The notes: generated by a model from the letters alone, not told the origin. 64,000 nucleotides of DNA from a virus (IMGVR_UViG_3300041955_000247:1-64000), one strand, 5' to 3'. Positions 46,865-56,634 are shown, numbered from the stretch's first letter. Made by a program: numbers and translations.

Positions 46865-47809
46865 TTATAATTGCAAGACTTGCTTTGCAGTAAGCAGGCC
46901 GGGGTCTTTCACCCCTGACGGCAACATAGCAATTTGCACATTGGCCCCCGGCAGGCTGTCGCAAAGGCTCAGCGCACTACCTAAAGCTTCGCTGTCAAAC
47001 AGCACCCGCACCTTGTCATACTTTGGAATGAGCGCTTGCAGGGCAGCAAGTTGCCCCGCCGTGGGGTTAACCCCAAAAGTGCAGGTGGCCCGATGCCCAT
47101 GTGGTGCCCCGTAGTAATCCACCTTGATGGCGTCAAACGGCCCCTCTGTCACAAACAGCGTCTCACCGCCGTGACTGAGATCATGCTCATTGAACACCAC
47201 GGTTTTGATAGCCGCCGACGAACTGAGATAGCGCGGTGCGTGAGTGGTAGGTTGAATGGCGCGGGCTGTCCAACCCGCCAGTTCGCCGTTGCTTTGCTGA
47301 ATGGGTATGATGATCCGGTCCTTCCACCTGCCATGCTGGCAGCACAACAAGTCGTATTGCTCAATCAGGGTGCTAACATCATCAAAGCCCCTGCCCTCAA
47401 GGTACCGCCAAAAACGCCCTGTAAGCCCCGTGGGCTTGATTTGCCTAAATTCAGGGGGTAGCTGGCTGGGCAATTCATCACGCTGTACGGGCTGCGCTGA
47501 GCCACCCAGGGCCATTATGGCCTGCTCAAGGGTTTCAGGGTCGGCGGCGCTGTGCTGCCCCACAATCAACCGGGCTTGGCTGAATGAACAGCTCAGCAGG
47601 GCCGCCACAAGGCTGTAGGGCTTGCGCCCAGCGTGCTTGGCGTTGCGCCAGCAGCCAAAGGCGTCCTTGGTCAGTGAGATGGAAAGATGTTCGCTTGGAT
47701 CATCAGGACCGCACCAGGGGCACTTTAGGGCAAGCTGGCCCTTTCGGACGTTAGGCCCACTGGTGACATAATCAATATGATTGGCTTCTAGGAACGCTAC
47801 CCAGTCCAT
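46865..47809 (-). CDS. DNA primase (Zn finger + TOPRIM)
   Basis: CPWC...H...CWR; RIIIP; TEGPFD; DPG. Confidence 0.9.
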   Translation of the reverse strand: MDWVAFLEANHIDYVTSGPNVRKGQLALKCPWCGPDDPSEHLSISLTKDAFGCWRNAKHAGRKPYSLVAALLSCSFSQARLIVGQHSAADPETLEQAIMALGGSAQPVQRDELPSQLPPEFRQIKPTGLTGRFWRYLEGRGFDDVSTLIEQYDLLCCQHGRWKDRIIIPIQQSNGELAGWTARAIQPTTHAPRYLSSSAAIKTVVFNEHDLSHGGETLFVTEGPFDAIKVDYYGAPHGHRATCTFGVNPTAGQLAALQALIPKYDKVRVLFDSEALGSALSLCDSLPGANVQIAMLPSGVKDPGLLTAKQVLQL

Positions 47810-48192
47810 CAGTATGGTATCTCGTTGACAGGTGCTACATCAAATTCAACAAAGCTGGTGCGTTGATTGGCCCGCTGTTCTTTCTTGGTAGCCCATTGGC
47901 AATTGTCCTTAAAGTAACCGAGATTGCCGTCTTTGCGGTCCAAAGTCATTTCCCTGCAAGGTCGCTCACCCATGTCCTCGAGGAAGTTCCTGAAGGCATC
48001 AGGCGAACCGCGCCGCCAGCGTTCGCAGACCTCAATGCCACGGCCACCATACAAATGGTACCACTTGTGGGTGCTTTGATAGCAACGCGAATTCATGGAT
48101 TCCCACGACAAGTAAGTGGGTGATTTCTTGACCTTCCATTTGCCTTTGATGTTGCGGGTGCGTGACGTGTGGCCGTGGCGCTTCCCTGTCAT
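47809..48192 (-). CDS. HNH-type endonuclease
   Basis: SW..M..RC...YGGRGIEVCERW...DMGERP...TLDR.D...NCQWAT. Confidence 0.8.
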   Translation of the reverse strand: MTGKRHGHTSRTRNIKGKWKVKKSPTYLSWESMNSRCYQSTHKWYHLYGGRGIEVCERWRRGSPDAFRNFLEDMGERPCREMTLDRKDGNLGYFKDNCQWATKKEQRANQRTSFVEFDVAPVNEIPY

Positions 48193-48737
48193 TTATAGGC
48201 CCTCATGGCATGATGGTTACAATACGTGTGGTCGGTCCATGCACCACAAAAGAAAAAGTCTTTGTCACCCACGTCTCCAACGGCCCATCGGCATGTGTGG
48301 CCGTTGAGTTGCAGCAGTGTAAGCCGCTGTTCCTGAGGAATGGCTTTATCGTATTCTGAGGGTTTGATATGAATGGGTTCGGTGGGGGTGCTGTCGGGTA
48401 TGTCAACGGCAAGGGCGATACGGAGGCGTCGCTTCTTGGTGAAATGGGTGTAGGCTTGAATAACCTTTTGCGGATTGGGCTGAACTGGTCTGACTGTTGC
48501 ACCTTTGGCCCGATGCCGGGGGCGGCCTCCTGGGCTGGCCTTGTTCTTGAAAATATGTAAACGGTGCATTTTGCCTATGACGGCATTACGGGTGGCAAAC
48601 CCTAGTTTGTCGGCTATTGCACTGGCTGATAATCCAGCCGCTGCATATTCTCTAAGCTCAGCCTCTTTCTTTTTGTCCCATCCTGGGTTCTGGTTCTGTT
48701 TGTACTTTTGTTCGGACGGTGTATCCAAATATGTCAC
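48189..48737 (-). CDS. gcrA: GcrA cell-cycle regulator homologue
   Basis: GLSASAIA..LG..TRNAVIGKMHRL; C-terminal TCRWAVGD....FFFCG....YC..H. Confidence 0.9.
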   Translation of the reverse strand: MTYLDTPSEQKYKQNQNPGWDKKKEAELREYAAAGLSASAIADKLGFATRNAVIGKMHRLHIFKNKASPGGRPRHRAKGATVRPVQPNPQKVIQAYTHFTKKRRLRIALAVDIPDSTPTEPIHIKPSEYDKAIPQEQRLTLLQLNGHTCRWAVGDVGDKDFFFCGAWTDHTYCNHHAMRAYK

Positions 48738-48748
48738 GTAACCCCTCC

Positions 48749-50299
48749 TCAGAGTTTGGTACGCCCAGCGATGATTGATTGTAGCAAGTTCTCACCAGCG
48801 AGGTTGCTGGCATGTAAAGCGAAATCTTTGGTTTGCCGGACCAGCAAATCATAGATCAGTACCCGCTTTGACTGACCGGGACGCCATACCCGGCGCTCCG
48901 CTTGCTGGCGGTCAATGGGGTTGTCGGGCTGTTCGAAAAACACAAGATAGTTTGCGAACTGAAGATTGAGGCTTGATGAACCCGACCTGACATTGATCAC
49001 CAGCACGCGCACGTTAGGGTCTGATTTGAATTTCTGCAACTGGCCAATGGGATCACGTGATTTGCCCCATACCCGTGCGTGCTTGATTTTAAGCTCTGTG
49101 AGCCGGTCACTGATAAGCTGGTTGGTGTACACAAAATGGTGAAAGATAACCATCTTGGAAGTGGAAGGCATGGACTCAATCAGGTCAACCAATGCTTCCA
49201 GCTTTGGGTTGTCTTCAAACTTGACCTGTAGCTTTTCGTTGTCCTCCCCACGCAGCGTCATGAAGCCGGATGAGAGCTGCCTGAGTCTTAGGTAGCTGTT
49301 TTCGGCCTCTTTCAGCTTGCCACCCTTGATGGCCTCATAGAACTGCTTCAAGGCTGCCTTGCAGTATCCCTCGCTGTCCTTTGGTGCGGGCAGTGACTTC
49401 TTGACGTAAATCTTGGGTGGCATATCGTGCAGCTCGTCAATGCCATAATAGATGGACCTGTTCTTCACCATGCGGTGCAGGTCAGGTTCGAGCTTTTTCT
49501 TGAATGTGAACTCGTAGCCGCCCCAGTAATTCGTGCCCTCTGAGTAGAACACGGCCCTGAAGAACTCAACGGTGGTGCCCAGCGTTTCACCAAAATCAAT
49601 CAGGTTGAACTGCGGTTGCAGCCCAATGGGGTCCTTGCCAAAGGGTGTCCCGGTGAGGCCAAAGGCCCATTCACACTGGGAACTGATGGCTTTGCACATG
49701 CGGTAGGTGAGTGACGAAGCAGATGAGCATTTGTGTATTTCGTCACACACCAGCATATCAAAACCGGCGAAGTATTCCTTCACCTGCTTGGCTGTGAGTT
49801 GCCATTTGTTCTTACCCTTGCGCTTGTCAAAGACGGTTTCAGTTACCATGGCGACCGCACTTTGGTAGCAGATCACGAACAGGTCACCAGGGGTTTGTAA
49901 GGCCGCTAGGTTCTCAGTAGATGAACCGAGGAGTGGCACTATGCGTAGATGAGGGGCCTTATCGGCAACTTCATCAATCCATGTCAGTACGCTGGTGATG
50001 TAGGGGACAAACACAATTGCCTTTGGGTTGTCCCCGCGCTGCTTCCTGTAGCTCAGCAGCATCAAAGATAAAGCCGTCTTGCCCCCACCCATGTCAATGT
50101 TAAACATGAAGCGTTTTATCTCAAGCATCAGTAGAAAACAAGCCGTTTGGTGTTCCCAAGGAATCAGCTTGCCAAACTCTGGCTTGGGTGTGAGACTGGC
50201 CAGTTCCTGATCTAGCTGTGGCTTGCGGTAGGCTTTCACAAAATCATAGTTTTGGAGCTTGCGCTCAAGGAACCGCTTGATGGCACGCTTGTTGATCAC
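48749..50299 (-). CDS. SNF2-family helicase
   Basis: DMGGGKT, DEIH, LTGTP, LNLQ, QAERRVWRPGQ. Confidence 0.9.
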   Translation of the reverse strand: MINKRAIKRFLERKLQNYDFVKAYRKPQLDQELASLTPKPEFGKLIPWEHQTACFLLMLEIKRFMFNIDMGGGKTALSLMLLSYRKQRGDNPKAIVFVPYITSVLTWIDEVADKAPHLRIVPLLGSSTENLAALQTPGDLFVICYQSAVAMVTETVFDKRKGKNKWQLTAKQVKEYFAGFDMLVCDEIHKCSSASSLTYRMCKAISSQCEWAFGLTGTPFGKDPIGLQPQFNLIDFGETLGTTVEFFRAVFYSEGTNYWGGYEFTFKKKLEPDLHRMVKNRSIYYGIDELHDMPPKIYVKKSLPAPKDSEGYCKAALKQFYEAIKGGKLKEAENSYLRLRQLSSGFMTLRGEDNEKLQVKFEDNPKLEALVDLIESMPSTSKMVIFHHFVYTNQLISDRLTELKIKHARVWGKSRDPIGQLQKFKSDPNVRVLVINVRSGSSSLNLQFANYLVFFEQPDNPIDRQQAERRVWRPGQSKRVLIYDLLVRQTKDFALHASNLAGENLLQSIIAGRTKL

Positions 50300-50670
50300 T
50301 TGAATTTCTGCTTCTGCACGTTCCAGCCAACCCGCACCAGCTTCTGCTCAAACGCATAGGCGTGCAGGTAATTGTCAAACACAAAGAACGTCGGCAGGAA
50401 GCTGCGGTTGAAGAACTTCCTGTGGCACACGGTTTCACCTGTACTGTACAGCATTTGATCGCCCCTCATGGTCAGGTGGTTCTTGGGTTCCTTGAATTGC
50501 AGCAGCGTGTTCTTTTTGTCTATCTCTACTACAAACAGGTAGATGGGCTTTGTTGAGCTATTGACCAGCAGCGTGACACCTTCCCAGGTTTGCACGGCAC
50601 CGGCAGGCAGTTCCCTGATGACCTGCGTAATGGTATCTTGCGGTTCCTCAGGCGGTGTCCACAGGGTCAC
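50296..50670 (-). CDS. Hypothetical protein; start uncertain
   Basis: C-terminal FDNYLHAYA shared with neighbour. Confidence 0.5.
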   Translation of the reverse strand: MTLWTPPEEPQDTITQVIRELPAGAVQTWEGVTLLVNSSTKPIYLFVVEIDKKNTLLQFKEPKNHLTMRGDQMLYSTGETVCHRKFFNRSFLPTFFVFDNYLHAYAFEQKLVRVGWNVQKQKFK

Positions 50671-50941
50671 GGGCTTTGGCCTTGCATTTGAGACTGTAGG
50701 CGTAGGCGTGGAAGTAGTTGGAGAAACAGTATCCATCTTTGGCATCTGATTCGTATAAAAAATTGAACCAGCTCGTATCAGGGCAAACAAAGCGTTTTTG
50801 AAGGTATCCATCTGAAGCAAAGACAACATACCAGGGGCCTCGCATTGTACGGGCTTCAAGTATTGTTAACGTCCCTGGGGGACTAGGCTTCCTCTTCATC
50901 GTCAAACCCATCTTGCGGTATGTTTTCGAAGTAGTTGCCAA
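50648..50941 (-). CDS. Hypothetical protein; start uncertain
   Basis: FSNYFHAYAY motif. Confidence 0.5.
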   Translation of the reverse strand: MATTSKTYRKMGLTMKRKPSPPGTLTILEARTMRGPWYVVFASDGYLQKRFVCPDTSWFNFLYESDAKDGYCFSNYFHAYAYSLKCKAKARDPVDTA

Positions 50942-52292
50942 CCATCAGGGAACTATCAACAACGAAAGTGCCCATGCCATACTGCTGGCTGATTACAATG
51001 CTTATCTTGTCCTGATCACTACGCCCTGCCGCTACGAACAGCCGGGCCAAGCCCAGCTTACGTTCCTGCGGGGTTTGGGTATAGGTGATGTTAGTGTCAC
51101 TGTTAGCCACCGTGCCATAGGCTTCACCCACGTTTTCAGCGCCCACCTGCTTTGATTTGGCGGCAGCCCGGTGTGATTGGCTCACCACCGCTGCCGCTAG
51201 GTTACGCTTCACCGCAATGCCACGTATGTCCATAAACGCTTGGTCAAGGTCAAGTCTGATATTGGTGGGATCCAGCTTCATCAGACGCGGATAGTCAACA
51301 ATCAGCAAATCAGGCGTGAACCGTTCGGTCTGCTCCAGGTTGTCCAAGTAGGCTTCCAAGTGCCTCACCGTCAGTGAGCCGGTAGGGAAGTCACGGATCA
51401 CAATGTTCTCAAGCAGCCGGTCGGCATAGCGGTCAATGCGCCGCTCAAGCTTGCGCCTGATCTTAGGGTCGTCATAGCTCAACGAGGGCTGTACCCGCAC
51501 GTCCTTGTAGCCGGTAATGCGGCCAAGTTTGTCCTTCTCAAACTTGGTGTTCCTGAAGGTCTCTTTGCGCTTTGAAATGGCGAACAGGCTTTGGTAGTAC
51601 CGTTGAGCGCAGCGCTCACGCGACATTTCCAAGCTGATATGGCATATTTTCAGCCGGTGCAGCGCGGCCATTTTGGCAAGCTGGATGAGCATCCATGTCT
51701 TGCCTGACTTGGTATTGGCAATGAAATGCCACAGCTCCTTGCGCGTAGGGCCAAATGACCGTTTGTCCAATTCAGGAATGCCGGTGGGGAAGCTGTGCTC
51801 CTGCATGTCCAGGAAGGACAACGACTTCTTGTCGCTGAGCCTGATGCCGGGGTCAAAGACACTCAGCGTTTGAGTGTTGGCCTTGGCCATGAGGTTCGCG
51901 GCTTCCTCAAGTGATTCCTCGGTGTCCTTCAATAGTGCCTTGTTGAAATCAACCGCTATGGCGCGCAATGATTGCCGCTTGACGTAAGTCTCCAACTGAG
52001 ACATCACGTAGGGAATATTTATCGTAGATGAGGCATCATGGATGCTCGTAATGGTATCTTCATACAGTTGGGCCTCGCGCCCAATCTTGCTGTCCAGCTT
52101 GTCGCTTAGAATATCAGCAATATGATCTTTGGGGGCCTTCTTGAACCTGTCAATGTAGTCGTAAATTCTACTACTGATTTGTCGATAATGGCCGCCGAAA
52201 AGCTCCAAGGGCACGGTGTTGCGAATGATGATTGCCTGCTCAGTGTGATAGGCAAGCAATACGATAATGTTCTCTTGAAGAATACCTAACAT
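50883..52292 (-). CDS. dnaB: Replicative helicase (DnaB-like)
   Basis: PTGIPELD, ANTKSGKT, SLEM, IVDY, SQ.HR. Confidence 0.85.
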   Translation of the reverse strand: MLGILQENIIVLLAYHTEQAIIIRNTVPLELFGGHYRQISSRIYDYIDRFKKAPKDHIADILSDKLDSKIGREAQLYEDTITSIHDASSTINIPYVMSQLETYVKRQSLRAIAVDFNKALLKDTEESLEEAANLMAKANTQTLSVFDPGIRLSDKKSLSFLDMQEHSFPTGIPELDKRSFGPTRKELWHFIANTKSGKTWMLIQLAKMAALHRLKICHISLEMSRERCAQRYYQSLFAISKRKETFRNTKFEKDKLGRITGYKDVRVQPSLSYDDPKIRRKLERRIDRYADRLLENIVIRDFPTGSLTVRHLEAYLDNLEQTERFTPDLLIVDYPRLMKLDPTNIRLDLDQAFMDIRGIAVKRNLAAAVVSQSHRAAAKSKQVGAENVGEAYGTVANSDTNITYTQTPQERKLGLARLFVAAGRSDQDKISIVISQQYGMGTFVVDSSLMVGNYFENIPQDGFDDEEEA

Positions 52293-52757
52293 TCACTTGC
52301 CGGTAACCCGTTGCAGTATGATGGCGCTTGCCCCACCCTCAATGTAGCCGGGGAAGGCTGCCTTGAAGACTTCTGGGCAGCGCTCCAAGTTGGTGCACAC
52401 GCTGCCTGTTGAAATGGGCACTTTGCGTTCCTTCAAGTCATCAATCAGGCAATCCAGCATCAGCGATAACATGCCGTTGTAGGTCACCCGGTTGTCGCAG
52501 GCTTGCGGGAACGCCTTGGCGACGAACTCAACCACGGCCGTTTCACCCCGCCTGTAGGCTTTATACGTCGCAGCAGGCAGGTTGCCCAAGCCCGTGCGCA
52601 GGCCAAGGGTGCGTTGAATTACGTCAAACAGGGGGGTAGCGGGGGCATCATTTGGCGCTGCCACAGGGCCTAGCAGGGCCTCAGCCGCTGCCCTGATTTG
52701 GGCAAGGTCAGGCTTGCTTAGGGTTGGCAACGCTGCAATGATTTTGTCAGGTTTCAT
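52293..52757 (-). CDS. Hypothetical protein
   Basis: 154 aa upstream of DnaB; AFPGY motif. Confidence 0.6.
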   Translation of the reverse strand: MKPDKIIAALPTLSKPDLAQIRAAAEALLGPVAAPNDAPATPLFDVIQRTLGLRTGLGNLPAATYKAYRRGETAVVEFVAKAFPQACDNRVTYNGMLSLMLDCLIDDLKERKVPISTGSVCTNLERCPEVFKAAFPGYIEGGASAIILQRVTGK

Positions 52758-53145
52758 CAGCGATCACCAGATCGGTCAGCTTCACATCACCCAACCGGCC
52801 ATTGTTGAAATCACCGGGCAGCAAGACAAAGCCGCTGTGGCTGCCGCCGTCAAGCACGGCTTCAAACGTCCATGCGGGGTAGATGTTGGGAACCACGAAC
52901 TTCATGGCCACCAGCATACCTTGAGAACAGACCGCAATGGCCTTGCGCCGCAGGAAGCACCCCATGCGGCCGGTAAATTCAGGGCCGCACCGTGACGCGC
53001 TGAAAGGGCGCTGCACCACCCATTCCCAGGTCTTGCCACGCAACAGGTTCCTGAGATCATCCAGGGTAAATTCTTGAGACACAGGAGGTTCGTAGAACTT
53101 GTGCGGGTAGCGGTATATGTCAGTCGTTTGTTTTAATGCAGTCAT
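52747..53145 (-). CDS. Hypothetical protein (three-member paralogue family)
   Basis: TLDDLRNLLRGKTW; GGAGG RBS. Confidence 0.6.
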   Translation of the reverse strand: MTALKQTTDIYRYPHKFYEPPVSQEFTLDDLRNLLRGKTWEWVVQRPFSASRCGPEFTGRMGCFLRRKAIAVCSQGMLVAMKFVVPNIYPAWTFEAVLDGGSHSGFVLLPGDFNNGRLGDVKLTDLVIADET

Positions 53146-53551
53146 CATCCCCTCCAACCGGATCCATGATTGAGCACCAAGCTCGCAACAGGGCATTTGC
53201 ACCATTGTTGAGCATATAACCCTTGTATTGATTGGTCTTTCTCTTGTAGAGCATATCTGCATCTACCAAGAAGTGGCCACCACCATTTAGGATTGGTTCA
53301 ATCATTGACCTGATTGGGCACACGCAAGGGATGAACCGGATCATGGTGTTACCTGCAAATACCCCAACTCCAGTTACCTTTAGAAAGAACCCATAACGGG
53401 CCTGGAAGTTGATCTTCCGGTAGCGAACAGTTTTTGGATGATCCGTGTATTTACTGACGAACTGAGACCATTTGAGTGATTTGGCCAGTTCTTGCAGTTC
53501 TTCAATTGAGTAGTTCTTGGTTTGCAAGTGTCTTGGGACAGTTTTGCTCAT
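53120..53551 (-). CDS. Hypothetical protein (three-member paralogue family)
   Basis: SIEELQELAKSLKW. Confidence 0.6.
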   Translation of the reverse strand: MSKTVPRHLQTKNYSIEELQELAKSLKWSQFVSKYTDHPKTVRYRKINFQARYGFFLKVTGVGVFAGNTMIRFIPCVCPIRSMIEPILNGGGHFLVDADMLYKRKTNQYKGYMLNNGANALLRAWCSIMDPVGGDDDCIKTND

Positions 53552-54224
53552 AGGACAGCTTCCTATTGTTGGAAGTTCTACTGGAAGTTCTTAATTCCAC
53601 TATAAATCCTATTCTTGAACCTGGGTTTGATCCCATTAAGGCACAGTACCCCCATGGGGAACAAAAACACTAAGATCAAATGTTCTTGTTCCACCATGGA
53701 GTTCTTGAACCTTGGGAATCACCCAATAAGGCTACTACGCAAGCTTTTTCACTGCTGTTGCAGTGGTGTCAGAGGCCCCTGCGATCCGAACACCTCTAGG
53801 CGTGTCGACACTCCCACCCTGATCCGCCCTTTGTTCATTGGGTTCCAGCGGTGCCGTAAAGCGACTGACAAAACCCGATGCCCATTTGCCGTTTGGGGCA
53901 AGCCGCATGAGTGCGGTTGTCGTTGTGATGGCGGGGTGCAATGCTTGCTGAGTGCCGCGACAAACTGCCCGGTTCCCCGGTCGCCGGTCACCCCGGCTTC
54001 CACTGTTGGGGCTAGGTGTCTACCTAGCTTGAACCATGTGGGCTTGGCTGGGCTGGAAAACCGGGCTGGCTGATGTGGTTGACGGGTGGAGGGGTTCCTT
54101 GGTATAGAGGCCCCGCGCCGCGTCACGCTTTGGTTTCAGCCGTCAAGCCAACCAAAGCCGACCCAGGTTCGGATGACACCGGCCTGGGTCCCGGCGTCTT
54201 TATAGGCCCCTGAAATTGTCCGCG

Positions 54225-54683
54225 TCAAGCTTCGTCATCAAACTGAAATGTTGGCACCACGAACTCATTGTACATTCTCGTTGAACGGATAAAATCTATC
54301 TCAATGCCTTTTTTGGCCAATGTCGTGGGCCTTATGACTTCCGGCTTATATAGCAAAAGCGCTGCAAGCCCCGTCGTAGCCTCTTTGGCTACGTTGAGAT
54401 TATTGATTGTCTCTTTGTAGGTAGAGGGAATTGGTTTCAACACCACCCATCGGGCATTGGCCGCGATGGCACAAGTGTAGCGCCCAAGATAGATACCAAT
54501 GCCACAGGCAAACTTGACCCCGCCAATTGTCTGAACTCGTTCATTGCCCCAATAGCCCCACTTCAAGCCGCGCAGCATGTCACGCAGTTCGTCCGTGGTG
54601 GGCGGCTGATGCTTAGGCGCACGCCTATCCTGCTGCCGCGCCTGAAACTCCTGCAATGAGCTACGCTGCTGCCACCTGCTCAT
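54225..54683 (-). CDS. Hypothetical protein (three-member paralogue family)
   Basis: TTDELRDMLRGLKW; likely ATG 54683. Confidence 0.6.
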   Translation of the reverse strand: MSRWQQRSSLQEFQARQQDRRAPKHQPPTTDELRDMLRGLKWGYWGNERVQTIGGVKFACGIGIYLGRYTCAIAANARWVVLKPIPSTYKETINNLNVAKEATTGLAALLLYKPEVIRPTTLAKKGIEIDFIRSTRMYNEFVVPTFQFDDEA

Positions 54684-54687
54684 GACA

Positions 54688-55179
54688 TCAGTGCACCAGG
54701 GTTGAGCGCATATCAGCCATAAGGTCAGCGGTGGGGCGCAGCACCGGCACCCGGTAGCGCTTATGGCAGCGCTTGTCAGCCGGGTAGCGGCCCTTTGGGT
54801 CAGGCAATACCACCTGCTGCACAAGGTAATCATTGGATTGAAAGAACTCGGTTGCCTGCAAGGTGTACTGGGTGCGGGCAATAGGAGTGGTATCCCATAC
54901 CTGCAATTCATGAGTACCGCCAAGGCTTACCCGCTGGCCATTTGAGAAGCGTTTACCGGCTTCAATCATTTGCTCAGATAACGTATTGAGGATGGCCGTT
55001 GCGGCCTTTGGTTCAAAGTTGCCGATGATCAATAGTTCGGGCACCTCCCTGGCCGCGTTGCCAATGGTGTAATAGAAGCCCGGCTGCTTGCCGTCGGGCG
55101 CAATGGCAAGAACCTGCCTGCCGTGCTGTTGAATGGTTTGAGCTATCTTTATATAAAACGGGTCGTTATGCTTGACCAT
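54688..55179 (-). CDS. DUF4262-like protein
   Basis: FYYTIG....PELLIIG...LN...QVVLPD.KGRYP. Confidence 0.75.
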   Translation of the reverse strand: MVKHNDPFYIKIAQTIQQHGRQVLAIAPDGKQPGFYYTIGNAAREVPELLIIGNFEPKAATAILNTLSEQMIEAGKRFSNGQRVSLGGTHELQVWDTTPIARTQYTLQATEFFQSNDYLVQQVVLPDPKGRYPADKRCHKRYRVPVLRPTADLMADMRSTLVH

Positions 55180-55190
55180 TATCGGTTCCT

Positions 55191-55397
55191 TTACTGATTG
55201 ATTCGTTGTAGTATGAAGTGTGCAAACTTCATACATTCTTCGGGTGAGTTGAAATCCTTTTCATCTACAGTAAGAACTGCACCTGTTGAACGGACACTGC
55301 TGGAAGCTGTAGGCCCGTAAATCAACCACGCAGGAGTAATGCAGTCATATCCTCCTACTTCATCATACTCAATGGTGTATTTTTCTTTGTCCATCAT
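55191..55397 (-). CDS. Hypothetical protein
   Basis: AAGGA RBS; 68 aa. Confidence 0.55.
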   Translation of the reverse strand: MMDKEKYTIEYDEVGGYDCITPAWLIYGPTASSSVRSTGAVLTVDEKDFNSPEECMKFAHFILQRINQ

Positions 55398-55650
55398 CGG
55401 TTCCTTTACGGTTGAATAAGTTGGCTGCCTAATGGTGTTTCAGCGGCATGAACCCACTGGCGCGCGATGGACACCGCGCCACCTGATAGGAGGACCGCAA
55501 CACCACCTTGTCGCGCCTAGCTGGCCTGGGTCAATCATGGAACGCCCAAGCCCATTCACGCTCGCCCGTTGACAGCCACGGCTGCGGGAGGAAATGCCCT
55601 CCTTCAGGTCGTAGGTGTAAGGCTAATTCAAGCGGGTCACTTCCGCCAGC

Positions 55651-55857
55651 CTAAAGTTCGACCACCCTGAATTGCAGGTTTGGGTTCCAGTTCTCAATCC
55701 AGCGGTTGCGCAGGTGTTCAATTTCCTCCTGTGCCTTGTCACGGCAGGTGCCTTCATGCCCGTAAGGCAGATGAGGTATTTGCACGGTGTTGAGGATGCC
55801 CCATTCATCAATGGATGACTTGCGGGCTTGCAGTTGCAGGTGCGTTATGGTCTTCAT
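55651..55857 (-). CDS. Hypothetical protein
   Basis: AGGAG RBS before ATG 55857. Confidence 0.55.
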   Translation of the reverse strand: MKTITHLQLQARKSSIDEWGILNTVQIPHLPYGHEGTCRDKAQEEIEHLRNRWIENWNPNLQFRVVEL

Positions 55858-56168
55858 GGTTTTCTCCTGTCTCCTTCTTGTAACCATTCAATTTTCATTG
55901 AGGGCATTTTCTTGACACGGCCGATCAAGTCCCAATGGTCCTTCACGTAGTTGTACGGCTGACGGCTTGCCCCAACGACATTGCCTTGGGCATCAACGTG
56001 GATAAACACCACACAGTTCCATGGGTGCCTGCCGTTGACCTTATCAACAACACCAACACAGATGCGGAAGTCCCTGAAGGCTGGTGCTCTGTTGTTTCCA
56101 TACACATTACCCTCAAGGACTTCACCACCTCGTGTTGGGTAAATGCGTGGGTCAATCTTGACCTTCAT
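55854..56168 (-). CDS. Hypothetical protein
   Basis: ATGA-coupled in operon. Confidence 0.55.
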   Translation of the reverse strand: MKVKIDPRIYPTRGGEVLEGNVYGNNRAPAFRDFRICVGVVDKVNGRHPWNCVVFIHVDAQGNVVGASRQPYNYVKDHWDLIGRVKKMPSMKIEWLQEGDRRKP

Positions 56169-56392
56169 GGTTTTACTATCCTGTTGCGTTTATTCCAGTG
56201 GAGCATGGCTTCTCGCCGAGTAGCACGAGGTGCAAAGTGCCGATGCTCTTTGCTGCATTTTGGGTTTGAACATTCAATCTCAATTTCAGAGAAAAGGTAA
56301 TCGTTTGTTGGCTTGAAATGTACATCAACCGAACGCAAGTGTGGTAATGAACCGCAGAAGCGGCACTTTACTGGGTCAGGGATTACCTTCAT
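56165..56392 (-). CDS. Lar-like (restriction alleviation) zinc-finger protein
   Basis: CRFCG...IEC...C...EA...WNKR. Confidence 0.65.
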   Translation of the reverse strand: MKVIPDPVKCRFCGSLPHLRSVDVHFKPTNDYLFSEIEIECSNPKCSKEHRHFAPRATRREAMLHWNKRNRIVKP

Positions 56393-56631
56393 GGCTTCAC
56401 CATTTCAACATAGGTGTCTGAGTTATCGTGAATTGCGTAGATAAGGACGGGTTTTGACTTGTCCTCTTTGAGGAGTAGATGAGCGTGGGCTCGCGCTTCC
56501 TTCAGCGTTTTGTGCTCCTGCCGCTCATACTTCCTCTGGATCATGCGGACCGTGGTGAAGAGCTGAGCGTTAGCGATGATCCAATCTTCACGCTCTTTGG
56601 CACTGGCGAAGTTGAGTGGTCTATTGGTCAT
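56389..56631 (-). CDS. Hypothetical protein
   Basis: 80 aa, coupled. Confidence 0.55.
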   Translation of the reverse strand: MTNRPLNFASAKEREDWIIANAQLFTTVRMIQRKYERQEHKTLKEARAHAHLLLKEDKSKPVLIYAIHDNSDTYVEMVKP

Positions 56632-56634
56632 GAT

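Noticed and set aside
55410-55650. tRNA or known ncRNA in intergenic gaps (also 56875-56978)
   Set aside because: No cloverleaf or T-loop pattern recognised; needs a tRNAscan/Infernal run.
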